Sequence record: DRR723986_4700
DNA: 42,779 nucleotides
Direction: 5' to 3' (one strand)
Shown: positions 18,850 to 28,483 of the stretch, piece by piece
Layout of the letters: each line of letters begins with the position of its first letter
Position numbering within the stretch: position 1 is the first letter of the stretch
Translations under genes and position numbers: made by a program
The notes under the pieces: model-generated
Databases searched by the model: none
What the model was told of the DNA's origin: nothing
What the model saw: the letters and a program-made list of their open reading frames with translations, nothing else

Positions 18850-20241
18850 TCAGCCACCACCTGGATACATCGCGCTTTCCAGCACGTCATAAACCTGGCC
18901 CTCGCCCATCTGGCTGACATTGAACCTCAGGAACCCGGTCATCGTCTGCGAAACACTGAAGACGTTGCCGGGGGCGAGCACGACGTTCCGGCGCAGCGCC
19001 GAGCGGGCAATGGCGGCTGCATCCCGGCCGTCCGGCAGACTGCACCAGAGGTAAAAGCCACCCTTGGGGCTGAGCCAGGGCGTTATACCAAGCCGCTCCA
19101 GCCTGCCGGCAACCTCACGCCGCTTCTTCGCAAGGCGCACCCGCAAGGCTTCCATGTGCTTGCGATAACTGCCGTCGCTCAGGACGCCATAGACAAGATC
19201 GCTCGCAACCGGTCCCGGGCCACCGAAATTGGTGGCCACTTGCAGGTCAACAAGAGCCTCGATCCAGTCCGTTCGAGCGGTAATGTAACCGCAGCGCACG
19301 GAGGCAGACAGGGTCTTGGAAAAGCTGCCGATGCGGATGACACGCTCCAGTCCATCGAGAACGGCGAGGCTCGGCAGGGGGTCTGGCGCAAAGCTGCCGA
19401 AAATATCGTCTTCTATCACCACCAGGCCGTGGGCTGTCACAAGGTTCAGGACCTTGTGCGCAACCTGGGGCGAGATCGTCGCGCCGGTGGGATTGTGAAG
19501 GCCGGAATTGGTGATGTAGAGCTTGGGCTTGTGCCGGGTCAGCGCTTCTTCGAACAGCTCGGTATCCGGTCCGCTGCGCGTGAACGGCACACCGGCAACC
19601 TCCACCCTGTGCGCCTTCAACAGCGCCTGAAAGTTGAAGTAACACGGGTCATCGACCAGAACCGTGTCGCTCGGCTGCAAAAAGAAGCGGCAAATGAGGT
19701 CGATGGCCTGTGTTCCCGATGGTGTGAGCAGCACCTGCCCCGGGTTCACCTCAAGGCCTTCCTCCGAGAACTGCCGGGCAAGCAGGTGGCGCAGGTTCAA
19801 AGCACCCCGTGTTTCGCCATAGTCGAACAGGTGACCACCGCCGGTACGCGCCAGCGCTCGCAAGCCACGCTGCATGGCCTCGCTTGGCATCCAGTCCGCC
19901 GGCAGCCAGCCGCAGCCGGGTTTCAGAACATCCGGCCCGGCATCGAGCGACTGGCGCGACACCCAGAACGGGTCGATTTCCCGGTCAAGCTGCGGTCCGA
20001 CGTCGGCGACCGAGAACGGACGGGCGGCATCGGCAACATAAAAGCCGGAGCCTCGACGGGCATAAATGATGCCCTCTGCCGCCAGCCTGTCGTATGCGGT
20101 CACGACTGTTGACGGCGACACCCGCATGGTCGCGGCAAATCCGCGGATGGACGGCAACTTTTCACCCGGTTGCAGCAAACGGCTGGCGATCTTCCGCTTG
20201 ACGGCTTCCATTACCGTGGCCGTCCGTGTGTCCTGTTCCAT
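18850..20241 (-). CDS. MocR/GabR-type GntR regulator with PLP aminotransferase domain
   Basis: wHTH KLPSIR...VSPSTVVTAYDRL...RRGSGFYV; HNPTG, IEDDIF and GSFSKTLS. Confidence 0.92.
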   Translation of the reverse strand: MEQDTRTATVMEAVKRKIASRLLQPGEKLPSIRGFAATMRVSPSTVVTAYDRLAAEGIIYARRGSGFYVADAARPFSVADVGPQLDREIDPFWVSRQSLDAGPDVLKPGCGWLPADWMPSEAMQRGLRALARTGGGHLFDYGETRGALNLRHLLARQFSEEGLEVNPGQVLLTPSGTQAIDLICRFFLQPSDTVLVDDPCYFNFQALLKAHRVEVAGVPFTRSGPDTELFEEALTRHKPKLYITNSGLHNPTGATISPQVAHKVLNLVTAHGLVVIEDDIFGSFAPDPLPSLAVLDGLERVIRIGSFSKTLSASVRCGYITARTDWIEALVDLQVATNFGGPGPVASDLVYGVLSDGSYRKHMEALRVRLAKKRREVAGRLERLGITPWLSPKGGFYLWCSLPDGRDAAAIARSALRRNVVLAPGNVFSVSQTMTGFLRFNVSQMGEGQVYDVLESAMYPGGG

Positions 20242-20267
20242 TCGTTTGTCCGCTGAAGTGTATGGCA

Positions 20268-20312
20268 AGTGTGTACAGTACAGTTTTGCAAAATTGTATT
20301 GCACTGTCTCTG
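20268..20312. promoter_or_regulatory. Possible MocR-type operator region
   Basis: AT-rich stretch with repeated TGTAC/GTACAG/TGTA(T) units (GTGTACAGTACAGTTTTGCAAAATTGTATTGCACTGT) just upstream of the regulator start, between divergent genes. Confidence 0.45.
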
Positions 20313-20501
20313 TCCTGACCAGCCCCTCCGGATTATTCCTGCCCCTTGCAACGTGTTGTCATGGACGTTCAGGAAGGGGCTACGTTCGGCAAGCCTCGCT
20401 TTGTCTGCCGTCCTCTCGGCTTCGCAAGAGAGCAGGACGGATGCCGCAGCCTCCCTGACACGCCAGGAACCTTGAAAAACAAGACAGCAGAAAGACCAGA
20501 T

Positions 20502-21362
20502 ATGCAGGCATCGATGGCAGGATGGGGCAGCGGGCTCTTGGGCGTCCTCATTTTCAGTGGCTCCCTGCCGGCAACACGGGTTGCGCTCAGTGGTTTCAAT
20601 CCGATGTTCCTGACGTCCGCCCGTGCCGTTGTTGCGGCGCTCCTTGGCATCGCCTTGCTGCTAGTGCTGCGGCAGGCCCGGCCGGAGCGGCACGACGTGA
20701 TCTCACTGCTGATTGTTGCGGCCGGTGTCGTGGTCGGCTTTCCGCTGCTGACGGCACTTGCCCTGCAACATGTCACTGCGGCCCATTCGATTGTCTTCAT
20801 TGGCCTTCTGCCCTTGGCAACCGCCCTGTTCGGCATGTTGCGCGGGATGGAGCACCCAAAGCCCCTGTTCTGGGTATTCTCCTGTACAGGCAGTGCGGCT
20901 GTTGGCGCCTATGCGCTGTCACAAAGTGCGGACCTTTCACTCAAGGGCGATCTCCTGATGCTGGCGGCGGTCATTGTCTGCGGCTTCGGTTATGCAGAAG
21001 GTGGCGCCCTCTCCCGCCGTCTTGGTGGCTGGCAAGTCATTTCCTGGGCGCTTACCCTTTCGCTTCCCGTCATGGGTACGCTCGCAGTGCTGACATGGCC
21101 GGACAGTTTGACAGGCATCGAAATGCCCGCCTGGGTCGGGCTCGGCTACGTCTCGATTTTCTCGATGCTTGTGGGCTTCATCTTCTGGTACCGGGGCCTC
21201 GCCATCGGCGGCATCGCAGGTGTTGGCCAGTTGCAACTGCTGCAGCCCTTCTTCGGGCTGATGCTGGCCAGCCTGTTGCTGCATGAACCAGTGTCTTCAA
21301 CCATGCTCCTCGTCACCACCCTGGTGGTGGGCTGCGTTGCCGGCGCCAAGCGCTTCGCCTGA
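20502..21362 (+). CDS. DMT/EamA-family transporter
   Basis: About 10 TM segments; FSGSLPATR, GYAEGG, GWQVISWAL and QLQLLQPFFG. Divergent from MocR. Confidence 0.9.
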   Translation: MQASMAGWGSGLLGVLIFSGSLPATRVALSGFNPMFLTSARAVVAALLGIALLLVLRQARPERHDVISLLIVAAGVVVGFPLLTALALQHVTAAHSIVFIGLLPLATALFGMLRGMEHPKPLFWVFSCTGSAAVGAYALSQSADLSLKGDLLMLAAVIVCGFGYAEGGALSRRLGGWQVISWALTLSLPVMGTLAVLTWPDSLTGIEMPAWVGLGYVSIFSMLVGFIFWYRGLAIGGIAGVGQLQLLQPFFGLMLASLLLHEPVSSTMLLVTTLVVGCVAGAKRFA

Positions 21363-21516
21363 AGCCTCTTCTTTCCGGCCCGCCGCACACGTCTTGCCCA
21401 ACCGGAATTCGCTTCCGCCCCCCGGAGAATTTTGCAATATGGTTCCGTATCGTGAAATTGCCTCCACCGGGGCGTACCGGCGGATTTCGGCTGAATTGAC
21501 TTGAAGGAAAAATGAC

Positions 21517-21951
21517 ATGGGTTTCTTTGATTTCGTGAAGGATGCGGGAAAGAAGCTGTTCGGCGATGACGAAGCGCCGGAAGCAAGCGCTGGAGCCATC
21601 GAAAAGGAAGTTGCCGACCTCGGTCTCGATGGCGACGTCAAGGTTGAAGTCAGCGGCGACACCGTCAAGATCGCAGGCGCCGCCCCCACCCAGGAAGCCC
21701 GTGAAAAGCTGATCCTTGCCGTCGGCAACGTGCTTGGCATTTCCAAGGTCGAGGAAGAAATCACCGTCGAGAGCAGCGAACCGGAAGCCAAGTTCCACAC
21801 GGTGGTCAAGGGCGATACGCTCTGGAAGGTTGCCGAGGCGGCCTATGGCAACGGCGCAAAGTACCAGGCGATCTTTGAAGCCAACAAGCCGATGTTGTCC
21901 GATCCGGACAAGATCTATCCGGGTCAGGTGCTGCGCATCCCCGCGCTCTAA
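21517..21951 (+). CDS. BON-LysM protein (YgaU/Kbp family)
   Basis: MGFFDFVKDAGKKLF, EKLILAVGNV, HTVVKGDTLWKVA...IFEANKPMLSDPDKIYPGQVLRIP. Confidence 0.92.
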   Translation: MGFFDFVKDAGKKLFGDDEAPEASAGAIEKEVADLGLDGDVKVEVSGDTVKIAGAAPTQEAREKLILAVGNVLGISKVEEEITVESSEPEAKFHTVVKGDTLWKVAEAAYGNGAKYQAIFEANKPMLSDPDKIYPGQVLRIPAL

Positions 21952-21963
21952 GACCGAATTTCC

Positions 21964-21999
21964 GCAAGCCACGGCGTCCCCGTGGCTTGCCTCCTTTTC
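21964..21999 (+). terminator. Intrinsic terminator after the BON-LysM gene
   Basis: 11-bp stem GCAAGCCACGG/CCGTGGCTTGC followed by CTCCTTTT. Confidence 0.7.
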
Positions 22000-22278
22000 C
22001 CGCCGTTACCCGTTGCGCTCCATGTCCGCCCGCGGGGCTGGCACCGCTCAGAACCTCTCTCCAGGTATATTTTCCGAGACGCCCGGTCCCCATTCGTCTG
22101 GGGCAATCTTGCAGCTGCGCCCTCGACTTTTCCGCTTTTCAAATGGCAGTACAAAACTGCCGAATAGAAATCTGAGTATTTTTTTCAAGTTTTTTACAAA
22201 CCAGCCTCGACACCACCCGTAAAATTATGATTATAAAGCTCAAGTTTTCTCATTCAGTGGATTTGGGGCGGTTTTCGG

Positions 22279-23217
22279 ATGGTGCGCCGGCTGAGCCACA
22301 GGCTTGTCCAATCGGTAATACTGCTGTTCCTGGTGTCCGTTGCCGGCTTCGCCCTGTTGCGCCTGTTGCCGGGGGATTTTGCTGAAGTACTGCTATTGTC
22401 CCAGATGGACGGCACCTTGCCGGATGCGGCTGCGGTCGACAGATTTTCAGCCGAAAACGGCTTTGACGATCCCCTGCCCGTTCAATACCTGCGCTGGCTT
22501 GGCAATGTGCTGACAGGGGATCTCGGCACTTCCTTCGTTACCGGAGAAAGCGTTTCCGCCGATATCCTGCTGCGGATACGCCAGTCACTGATCCTGGCAC
22601 TGCTGTCGATCGGCCTTGCCCTTGTCCTTGCAGTGCCGATCGGCTGTTTTTGTGCCTATCACGCCGGCGGCCTTGCGGATCGTCTATTGGCGGCGGCAAG
22701 CGTTGCCGGCCTGTCCATTCCCAATTTCTGGTACGCGCTGCTGCTGGCGCTTCTGTTCTCGCTTACGCTCGGCTGGCTGCCGAGCTCGGGCCACGGCACG
22801 ATTGCACATGCGGTGCTGCCGACGCTGGTCATCGCGACCACCATGACCGGCGTGATTGCGCGCTTCGTGCGGGCCAGGCTTTTGGACGAGTTCCACCATG
22901 CCTACATCCGCACGGCCAAGGCCAAGGGCCTCAGCCAGACGCGGATCCTGCTGCATCACGCCCTGCCCAACATCCTGCCTTCGCTCCTGACCCTGACCGG
23001 GTTGCAATTCGCCCGCGCCTTCGACGGCATGATCATCGTGGAAACGATCTTCGCCTGGCCGGGCATCGGCAGCCTGCTGGTCGCTTCGCTGCTGAACCGT
23101 GACTACCCGCTGATCCAGATCTGCTTCCTGGTAATCGCCTGCGGCTACATCATCATCAATCTCCTGGTCGATTACCTGGTGACGCTGGCTGACCCGCGCG
23201 TGCAGGAGGCGATCTGA
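22279..23217 (+). CDS. ABC importer permease, DppB/NikB type
   Basis: LPGD, PLPVQYLRWL...GDLGTS, IPNFW, YIRTAKAKGL, VETIFAWPGIG and NRDYP. Confidence 0.93.
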   Translation: MVRRLSHRLVQSVILLFLVSVAGFALLRLLPGDFAEVLLLSQMDGTLPDAAAVDRFSAENGFDDPLPVQYLRWLGNVLTGDLGTSFVTGESVSADILLRIRQSLILALLSIGLALVLAVPIGCFCAYHAGGLADRLLAAASVAGLSIPNFWYALLLALLFSLTLGWLPSSGHGTIAHAVLPTLVIATTMTGVIARFVRARLLDEFHHAYIRTAKAKGLSQTRILLHHALPNILPSLLTLTGLQFARAFDGMIIVETIFAWPGIGSLLVASLLNRDYPLIQICFLVIACGYIIINLLVDYLVTLADPRVQEAI

Positions 23218-24096
23218 ATGGCAAGATCCCGACGCCTGTTTCAGACAAGACCTGATGCACAGAGCCGAGAAACGCGTGCAGGACTGCTGGCCCTTCTCAT
23301 ACTTCTGATCGTGATGGCACCGCTCGCAGCGCCCTACCCGCCAGACCAGATAGACATCCTGAACCGTCTTGCGCCTCCGGGATGGCAGCATTTTCTGGGC
23401 ACAGACCAGATGGGCCGCGACGTCTTTTCCCGCCTACTTTACGCCGGCCGCCTCACAACCGGCGCGGCCCTGCTTGTGGTGCTGGCGTCCGCGCTCACCG
23501 GCACGCTGCTCGGCTGCATCGCCGGCTATCTCGGCGGCTGGCCGGATCAGCTTCTGATGCGATTTTGCGAGGGACTTTCTGTCCTGCCAGCACTGGCGAT
23601 TGCCATGATCATCGCCGGTGTCATGGGTCTTGGCCTTGCCGTCGTGCTTCTGGCGCTCACTGCTGTGCACTGGACCGAATATGCCCGGCTGGTGCGCAAC
23701 ATGATCCTGGTGGAACGGGCCAAACTTTATGTGCAGGCGGCTGAAGCGCTCGGTTCGTCGCGCAAACGCATTATCCATCGCCATCTGCTGCCGAACATTA
23801 CGGCGCCTCTCCTGACCATGGCCGCCTATTCGCTCTCCTGGGTCATCCTCGCCTTTGCCGGGCTCAGCTTCCTTGGCCTTGGCGTGGAACCTGGAACAGC
23901 CGAATGGGGCCGGATGATCGCCGATGCGCGCAACCACATGCGCAGCCATCCGCATCTCGTCCTCGCCCCGGGCCTGACGATCACCGCCTTCGTCATGCTG
24001 GTGAACCTGCTGGGCGACGGCATCGGCGACCGGATGCGCGCCCGCCACACCAACCTTTTGACCTTTCGAAAAACAATCCTCAAACCAAGGAGCTGA
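23218..24096 (+). CDS. ABC importer permease, DppC/NikC type
   Basis: HFLGTDQMGRDVFSRL, YVQAAEALG, HLLPN, GLSFLGLG...EWG and NLLGDG. Confidence 0.93.
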   Translation: MARSRRLFQTRPDAQSRETRAGLLALLILLIVMAPLAAPYPPDQIDILNRLAPPGWQHFLGTDQMGRDVFSRLLYAGRLTTGAALLVVLASALTGTLLGCIAGYLGGWPDQLLMRFCEGLSVLPALAIAMIIAGVMGLGLAVVLLALTAVHWTEYARLVRNMILVERAKLYVQAAEALGSSRKRIIHRHLLPNITAPLLTMAAYSLSWVILAFAGLSFLGLGVEPGTAEWGRMIADARNHMRSHPHLVLAPGLTITAFVMLVNLLGDGIGDRMRARHTNLLTFRKTILKPRS

Positions 24097-24101
24097 TCCT
24101 C

Positions 24102-25643
24102 ATGATCTCCCGCAGAACCCTGGGCCGTCTTGCCGTTTCCGTGGCAACGGCCGCCATGCTGAGCCTGCCGCACGTGCCGGCGCAGGCCGAAGGCAGTTCA
24201 ACACTGACCGTTGCCACCATGTGGGAAGCCCTGCCGCTGTCGATGAAACCGCGCCGCAGCCGGTTCTTCAACGAAAGCGAGATACTGGACACTCTGGTAA
24301 AACTCGATTTCGACATGAAGCTTGTGCCCGGTCTTGCCACGTCCTGGGAACGCGTTTCACCCAATGTCTGGCGCTTCCAACTGCGTGACGGCGTCACCTT
24401 CCATGACGGCAGTGCTTTCGACGCGGAAGCCGCAAAGTTCTCGCTGGAGCGTGTGATCGCGTTGCTGCCCTATGCATCCGACCTGCTCAACATCAAGGAA
24501 ATCCGCGCCGTATCCGGCCTTGAACTGGAAATCGAGACCAACGAACCTTTCACAGCCCTGCCAAACCAGCTGACCGACGCCATCACCGTCATCTACGCCA
24601 AGGCCTCATTCGACGAGAACGGCGAGTTCGTGAAGCCTGTCGGCACCGGTCCCTGGGTATTCAAGGAGTACCAGAAGCAGGACCGCACCACCGTTGTACG
24701 CAACGATGACTATTGGGGCGAAGCACCCAAGCTGGAAGAAATCGTCTACCGCTACATCCCGGACCACAATGCCCGCGCGCTGGCGCTGGAAACCGGCGAG
24801 GTCGACTTCGTCGTCCACCTGTTGCCTTCCGATGTGGAACGCATGAAGGCCAACGAGAAATTCGAAGTCTATGCCGAGCCGAGCGCCGGTCTTTATTACG
24901 GCGCTTTCAATGCCGGCGAAAACAGCGTGCTGCATGATCCGAAGGTCCGCCAAGCGGTCAACCTGATGGTTGACCGGGAAATCCTGGTCAAAGGGGCGCT
25001 CGACGGCATCGGCAAGCCGGCCTGGACTTTCTTTCCGCCGGAATTCCCGTGGGCCGCACCAGAGCTTTCAGCCTATTCCTTCAACCCGGAAAAAGCAGCC
25101 GGGCTTCTGACCGAGGCCGGTTACGAGAAAGACGGCACCACCTGGCAGAAGGACGGCGAGCCTTTGAGCCTGCGTATCCTCAGCTATTCCAGCCGCGCCG
25201 AAATGGCCACGATCAGCGAGACAATGGCTGCGCTTCTGCAGCAGCAGGGCATTTCCACGAAGCTGGAAATGTACACCTGGGAAGGCATGCTCGATCTCGT
25301 CAAGCAGAGCGACTATGACGTTTCCGTCGTCTTCTGGACCCCGGAAATGACCGGTCATCCGGATCTGCACCTGAAGTCGCAGTTCCATTCCAAGGCGGGC
25401 CTCAACTACCAAAACTGGGCGAACCCGGAATTCGACGCGCTTGTCGACAAGGGCCGCACGCTGGAAGAAGGTCCGGAAGCTCTGGAAACCTACGCCAAGG
25501 CACAGGAAATCCTGCAGACCGACGCGCCGATTATCCCGCTGGTTCACAAGATCTATGTAGCTGCCTCTAGCGAGAACGTCAGTGGGTACAAGGTCCATCC
25601 TTCCGGCTTCTTCTACAATTTCAAGGCCGTCAGCAAACAGTAA
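24102..25643 (+). CDS. ABC substrate-binding protein, family 5 (NikA/DppA/CntA-like), possible Tat signal
   Basis: AAGGAG then MISRRTLGRL...AQA. PGLATSW, LRDGVTFHDG, PVGTGPW and APIIPL. Confidence 0.9.
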   Translation: MISRRTLGRLAVSVATAAMLSLPHVPAQAEGSSTLTVATMWEALPLSMKPRRSRFFNESEILDTLVKLDFDMKLVPGLATSWERVSPNVWRFQLRDGVTFHDGSAFDAEAAKFSLERVIALLPYASDLLNIKEIRAVSGLELEIETNEPFTALPNQLTDAITVIYAKASFDENGEFVKPVGTGPWVFKEYQKQDRTTVVRNDDYWGEAPKLEEIVYRYIPDHNARALALETGEVDFVVHLLPSDVERMKANEKFEVYAEPSAGLYYGAFNAGENSVLHDPKVRQAVNLMVDREILVKGALDGIGKPAWTFFPPEFPWAAPELSAYSFNPEKAAGLLTEAGYEKDGTTWQKDGEPLSLRILSYSSRAEMATISETMAALLQQQGISTKLEMYTWEGMLDLVKQSDYDVSVVFWTPEMTGHPDLHLKSQFHSKAGLNYQNWANPEFDALVDKGRTLEEGPEALETYAKAQEILQTDAPIIPLVHKIYVAASSENVSGYKVHPSGFFYNFKAVSKQ

Positions 25644-25699
25644 CTGCGCCTGACCTTTGCCCGGACGGTAATCCGTCCGGGCCTTTCCGGGAGACCCGA

Positions 25700-26311
25700 A
25701 TGGCATCCTGCCTTTTTCTGAAACCGATCAAGGGCGCCGGCAACGACCTGCCCGATGTTGGCGATTATGTGCCAGATATCGATGTGATCGGCCATTACGA
25801 CCTCGAAGCCGCAGACCTGGCGCGCTATCCCGCGCTCTGCCTGCCGGCCCATCTCGACCAGCGTTTTTTCGGCAACCTGACAGCGAAGATCGAACAGTTT
25901 CTGGATGCTGGCGGCACGCTGGTATTCAACGGCCATGTTGCCTGGCCAATGCTGCCCGAATTCCAGCCTTTCGTTCCCCTGAACCGCTTCTCGCTGGAAG
26001 ACCTGCAAATCCACCGGTTGACCGACCACCCGGTGTTCGAAGGCGTTTCAACCGAGGAATTGACCTATCGGCGGGGCGTTGCCGGCTTCTACGCCCGCGG
26101 TTTCAACCCGCCGCCGGAAGGTGCTGTTAGCCTCCACGGTGTCGGTCCGGACCGCCTGCCCTGCGACTGGGTCTATGAGCGCCCGTCCGGCGGTCGCATC
26201 TTCATGCATGCCGGTAATGATCTTTGGATGTACGTCGGATCCAGCGACACAACGGCGCGCATTGCCCCGCAGCTCTGCGCCTGGGCCAGCGGAAAAGGAC
26301 CCCAGCAATGA
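25700..26311 (+). CDS. Uncharacterised protein, possibly class I glutamine amidotransferase-like fold
   Basis: GGGAG RBS, coding-like codon usage. FLDAGGTLVFNG, DHPVFEGV and GGRIFMHAGNDL. ATGA overlap with the next gene. Confidence 0.75.
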   Translation: MASCLFLKPIKGAGNDLPDVGDYVPDIDVIGHYDLEAADLARYPALCLPAHLDQRFFGNLTAKIEQFLDAGGTLVFNGHVAWPMLPEFQPFVPLNRFSLEDLQIHRLTDHPVFEGVSTEELTYRRGVAGFYARGFNPPPEGAVSLHGVGPDRLPCDWVYERPSGGRIFMHAGNDLWMYVGSSDTTARIAPQLCAWASGKGPQQ

Positions 26312-26931
26312 CCACGCTCGCAGTGCTCGACGCCGGCACCTACTACCATCATCGCACCATTTACGAGCCACGCTACCGCGACTTTTTCGACGAGATCATC
26401 TACACGCGCGAGCTGCCGGAAGCAGATCTGTCCGGCGTCGACACCCTGCTTGTTTCCTGCCGCACAGATCCTTCGGTGCTGCGCCCCCGGCGCGAACAGA
26501 TCGCCGACTTTCTGGCAAGCGGCAAGACCGTTGTCGCCATGGGCTCCACCGGCCATCCGGACTGGTTGCCCAATGTGAACTGGACGGACACACCGACCAA
26601 TTTCTGGTGGTGGAAGGAAGGCGGCGAGATCGGCCTGAAGTTGGCAACACCCGACCATCCCCTCTTCAACCAACTCTCCCTGGCCGACGTCACCTGGCAC
26701 TATCACGGTTATTTCCAGGTGCCAGACGGGGCGCAGTCGCTGGTCGATGTCGGAGATCTCGGCTCGATCTTCTACGAGGACACGGTTTCCACCCCCGGCC
26801 GCCTGCTGATCACGTCCCTCGACCCGATGTACCATCACGGCAGCCACTTCATGCCGGCGACAACCCGGTTTCTGGACGGGTTCCTGCCGTATCTGAAAGG
26901 GACTACCGCAGAGCTTGCGAAAACGACATAG
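26308..26931 (+). CDS. Uncharacterised His-rich protein, paralogous to 25700-26311
   Basis: Start ATG 26308 (MTTLAVLDAGTYYHH) after AAGGA. FLASGKTVVAMG, DHPLFNQL, WHYHGYF and GRLLITSLDPMYHHGSHFMP. Confidence 0.78.
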   Translation: MTTLAVLDAGTYYHHRTIYEPRYRDFFDEIIYTRELPEADLSGVDTLLVSCRTDPSVLRPRREQIADFLASGKTVVAMGSTGHPDWLPNVNWTDTPTNFWWWKEGGEIGLKLATPDHPLFNQLSLADVTWHYHGYFQVPDGAQSLVDVGDLGSIFYEDTVSTPGRLLITSLDPMYHHGSHFMPATTRFLDGFLPYLKGTTAELAKTT

Positions 26932-27389
26932 GCCTCCTGCGCACAGCCCTTTCCGCTGCGTTCCCGATGCGCTTCAAGTGAAGCGGCATTGTCAGAATTC
27001 GTCATGATTGTTCAGAATTGGTAGGTGGAACCAGCCAGACGATCCCCGGTATTTTCGAATATGTTGAGCGGCACACGCCTGTGTCGACGAAGTACGTCAG
27101 GAACATACCGAGGAGTGGCGGCAGAGAAATTGGTTTCCGGCAATACCCAAGTCGCAGCTGGAAAAGACCATTCTCGTCCCCCCCCACACGCAGTTTCTGC
27201 GCTTAGACCGCCTCTCTTTTCCTGACGCTCTGACGATGGCGCTTGTGTCCCACGCCGCTCTGGCCGGCGACGCACTGCCAACTGGCGGTGCGTTCGCTGC
27301 CGGCACGGGCCGTTCGTGGATCTCCCACCTCGTCACAGGGTAAGCCCGCGGTCCGCACCACCCTGTCTCGCTAGCGGATACGGCCAGAC

Positions 27390-27995
27390 CTAGTCTGCCA
27401 AACCTTCGCGCTTCAGCGTATCGCGGACGGACTGTCTCCCAGCAACGTCATCGGAATGTCGTTGCAAGGCTGGCCAGTCCGCAATCGAAAGCTTCTGATC
27501 GTCAAGCCAACGGCAAACGGTAAACAGATAGGCGTCGGTCAGAGAAAAGGCTGGGCCCGTCAGGTATCTGTGCTGTTGGAGATGCCGCTCAATCACATTC
27601 AGCCGCAGCGACAAGTGCGCGCGGCCTGGAGACAGAAATGCTTCCGGCGTCTTCGGGCGAAACAGCGGGCTGAAGCTTTTGTGAACCTCGGTTGCAATGT
27701 AATTCAGCCATTCCAGGGCTCTCAGGCGCTCCAGTGCGGCGTCCGGCAACAGGTGTGCCTCGGGACGGATCATGTCGATATATTGCAGGATCACAGGGAC
27801 TTCGGTCAGAAGTTGGCCCTCCTTCAGTTCGAGTGCCGGAACGTACCCTTTGGGATTGATCTGGCGAAAGTCGTCCCCTTCTTCAGTCCGCCGTGATTTG
27901 TAATCGACTTTTATCAAACGAAATTGCAGATCGGCCTCACGCAGAGCGATATGCGGTGCCAGCGAGCAGGCTCCCGGCATGAAATAGAGTTTCAT
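27390..27995 (-). CDS. Glutathione S-transferase, beta class (GstA-like)
   Basis: MKLYFMPGACSLAPHIAL, INPKGYVPAL, WLNYIATEVHKSF and DAYLFTV. Confidence 0.92.
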   Translation of the reverse strand: MKLYFMPGACSLAPHIALREADLQFRLIKVDYKSRRTEEGDDFRQINPKGYVPALELKEGQLLTEVPVILQYIDMIRPEAHLLPDAALERLRALEWLNYIATEVHKSFSPLFRPKTPEAFLSPGRAHLSLRLNVIERHLQQHRYLTGPAFSLTDAYLFTVCRWLDDQKLSIADWPALQRHSDDVAGRQSVRDTLKREGLAD

Positions 27996-28396
27996 TCCGA
28001 CTGCCCTCCGGACCCCATGTCAGGAATGCCATTCAGCAGGACGAGTGCAACGTCATAAGCCCGGCCGTTCGCTTCCTCCATCCTGTGTCCCGAGCCATGC
28101 AGGTCAGCAGCCAGGAACTGATCGCCGGGTGAAAGCAGCCGTGTGTCTCCATCGCTCGTTTCAATGCGGACCAAGCCAGCAAGAACGGTTCCAAGAACAG
28201 GTGCAGGCGCGCAATGCCATTCGTCCTTGTAACCGGGGGGGTGATGCATCATGAGAACGCCGGTTGCACCTATGGTTTCGGTGACACTGTAGCCCTTTGG
28301 CGAAGGCGGCGTGAAATCACCCTCCGAAAGCGTCCAGAACTCATCCGAAAAATGGGAGCCGCCGTTTGCGAATGCGCAGATTTTGACGAATTTCAT
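27992..28396 (-). CDS. Cupin-fold small protein (134 aa)
   Basis: Start MKFVKICAFANGGSHF. EWHCAP, IETSDGDTRLLSPGD and DLHGSGH cupin motifs. ATGA overlap with the GST. Confidence 0.8.
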   Translation of the reverse strand: MKFVKICAFANGGSHFSDEFWTLSEGDFTPPSPKGYSVTETIGATGVLMMHHPPGYKDEWHCAPAPVLGTVLAGLVRIETSDGDTRLLSPGDQFLAADLHGSGHRMEEANGRAYDVALVLLNGIPDMGSGGQSE

Positions 28397-28483
28397 TCTC
28401 TTGGTTCCTGTTCGAAACGTGTTGCGCCCGTTGCAGCCCGGGTTACCGACATGCCGGGCTTGCACCGGCCCCGGGCGGCTACA

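Noticed and set aside
18841-20112. Long antisense or alternate-frame ORFs (also 44-982, 11817-12770, 14598-15560, 15302-16336, 39727-40995, 42211-42765)
   Set aside because: Shadow ORFs overlapping well-supported genes, expected from high GC3 codon bias. They show no motifs.
22225-22255. NikR operator upstream of the ABC importer
   Set aside because: TTATGA...TCATTC half-sites are imperfect and 19 nt apart, not the 16-nt spacing of GTATGA-N16-TCATAC.
27002-27336. Short ORFs in the spacer as real genes
   Set aside because: Several mutually overlapping 60-90-aa ORFs on both strands, with no clear RBS, motif or codon bias.
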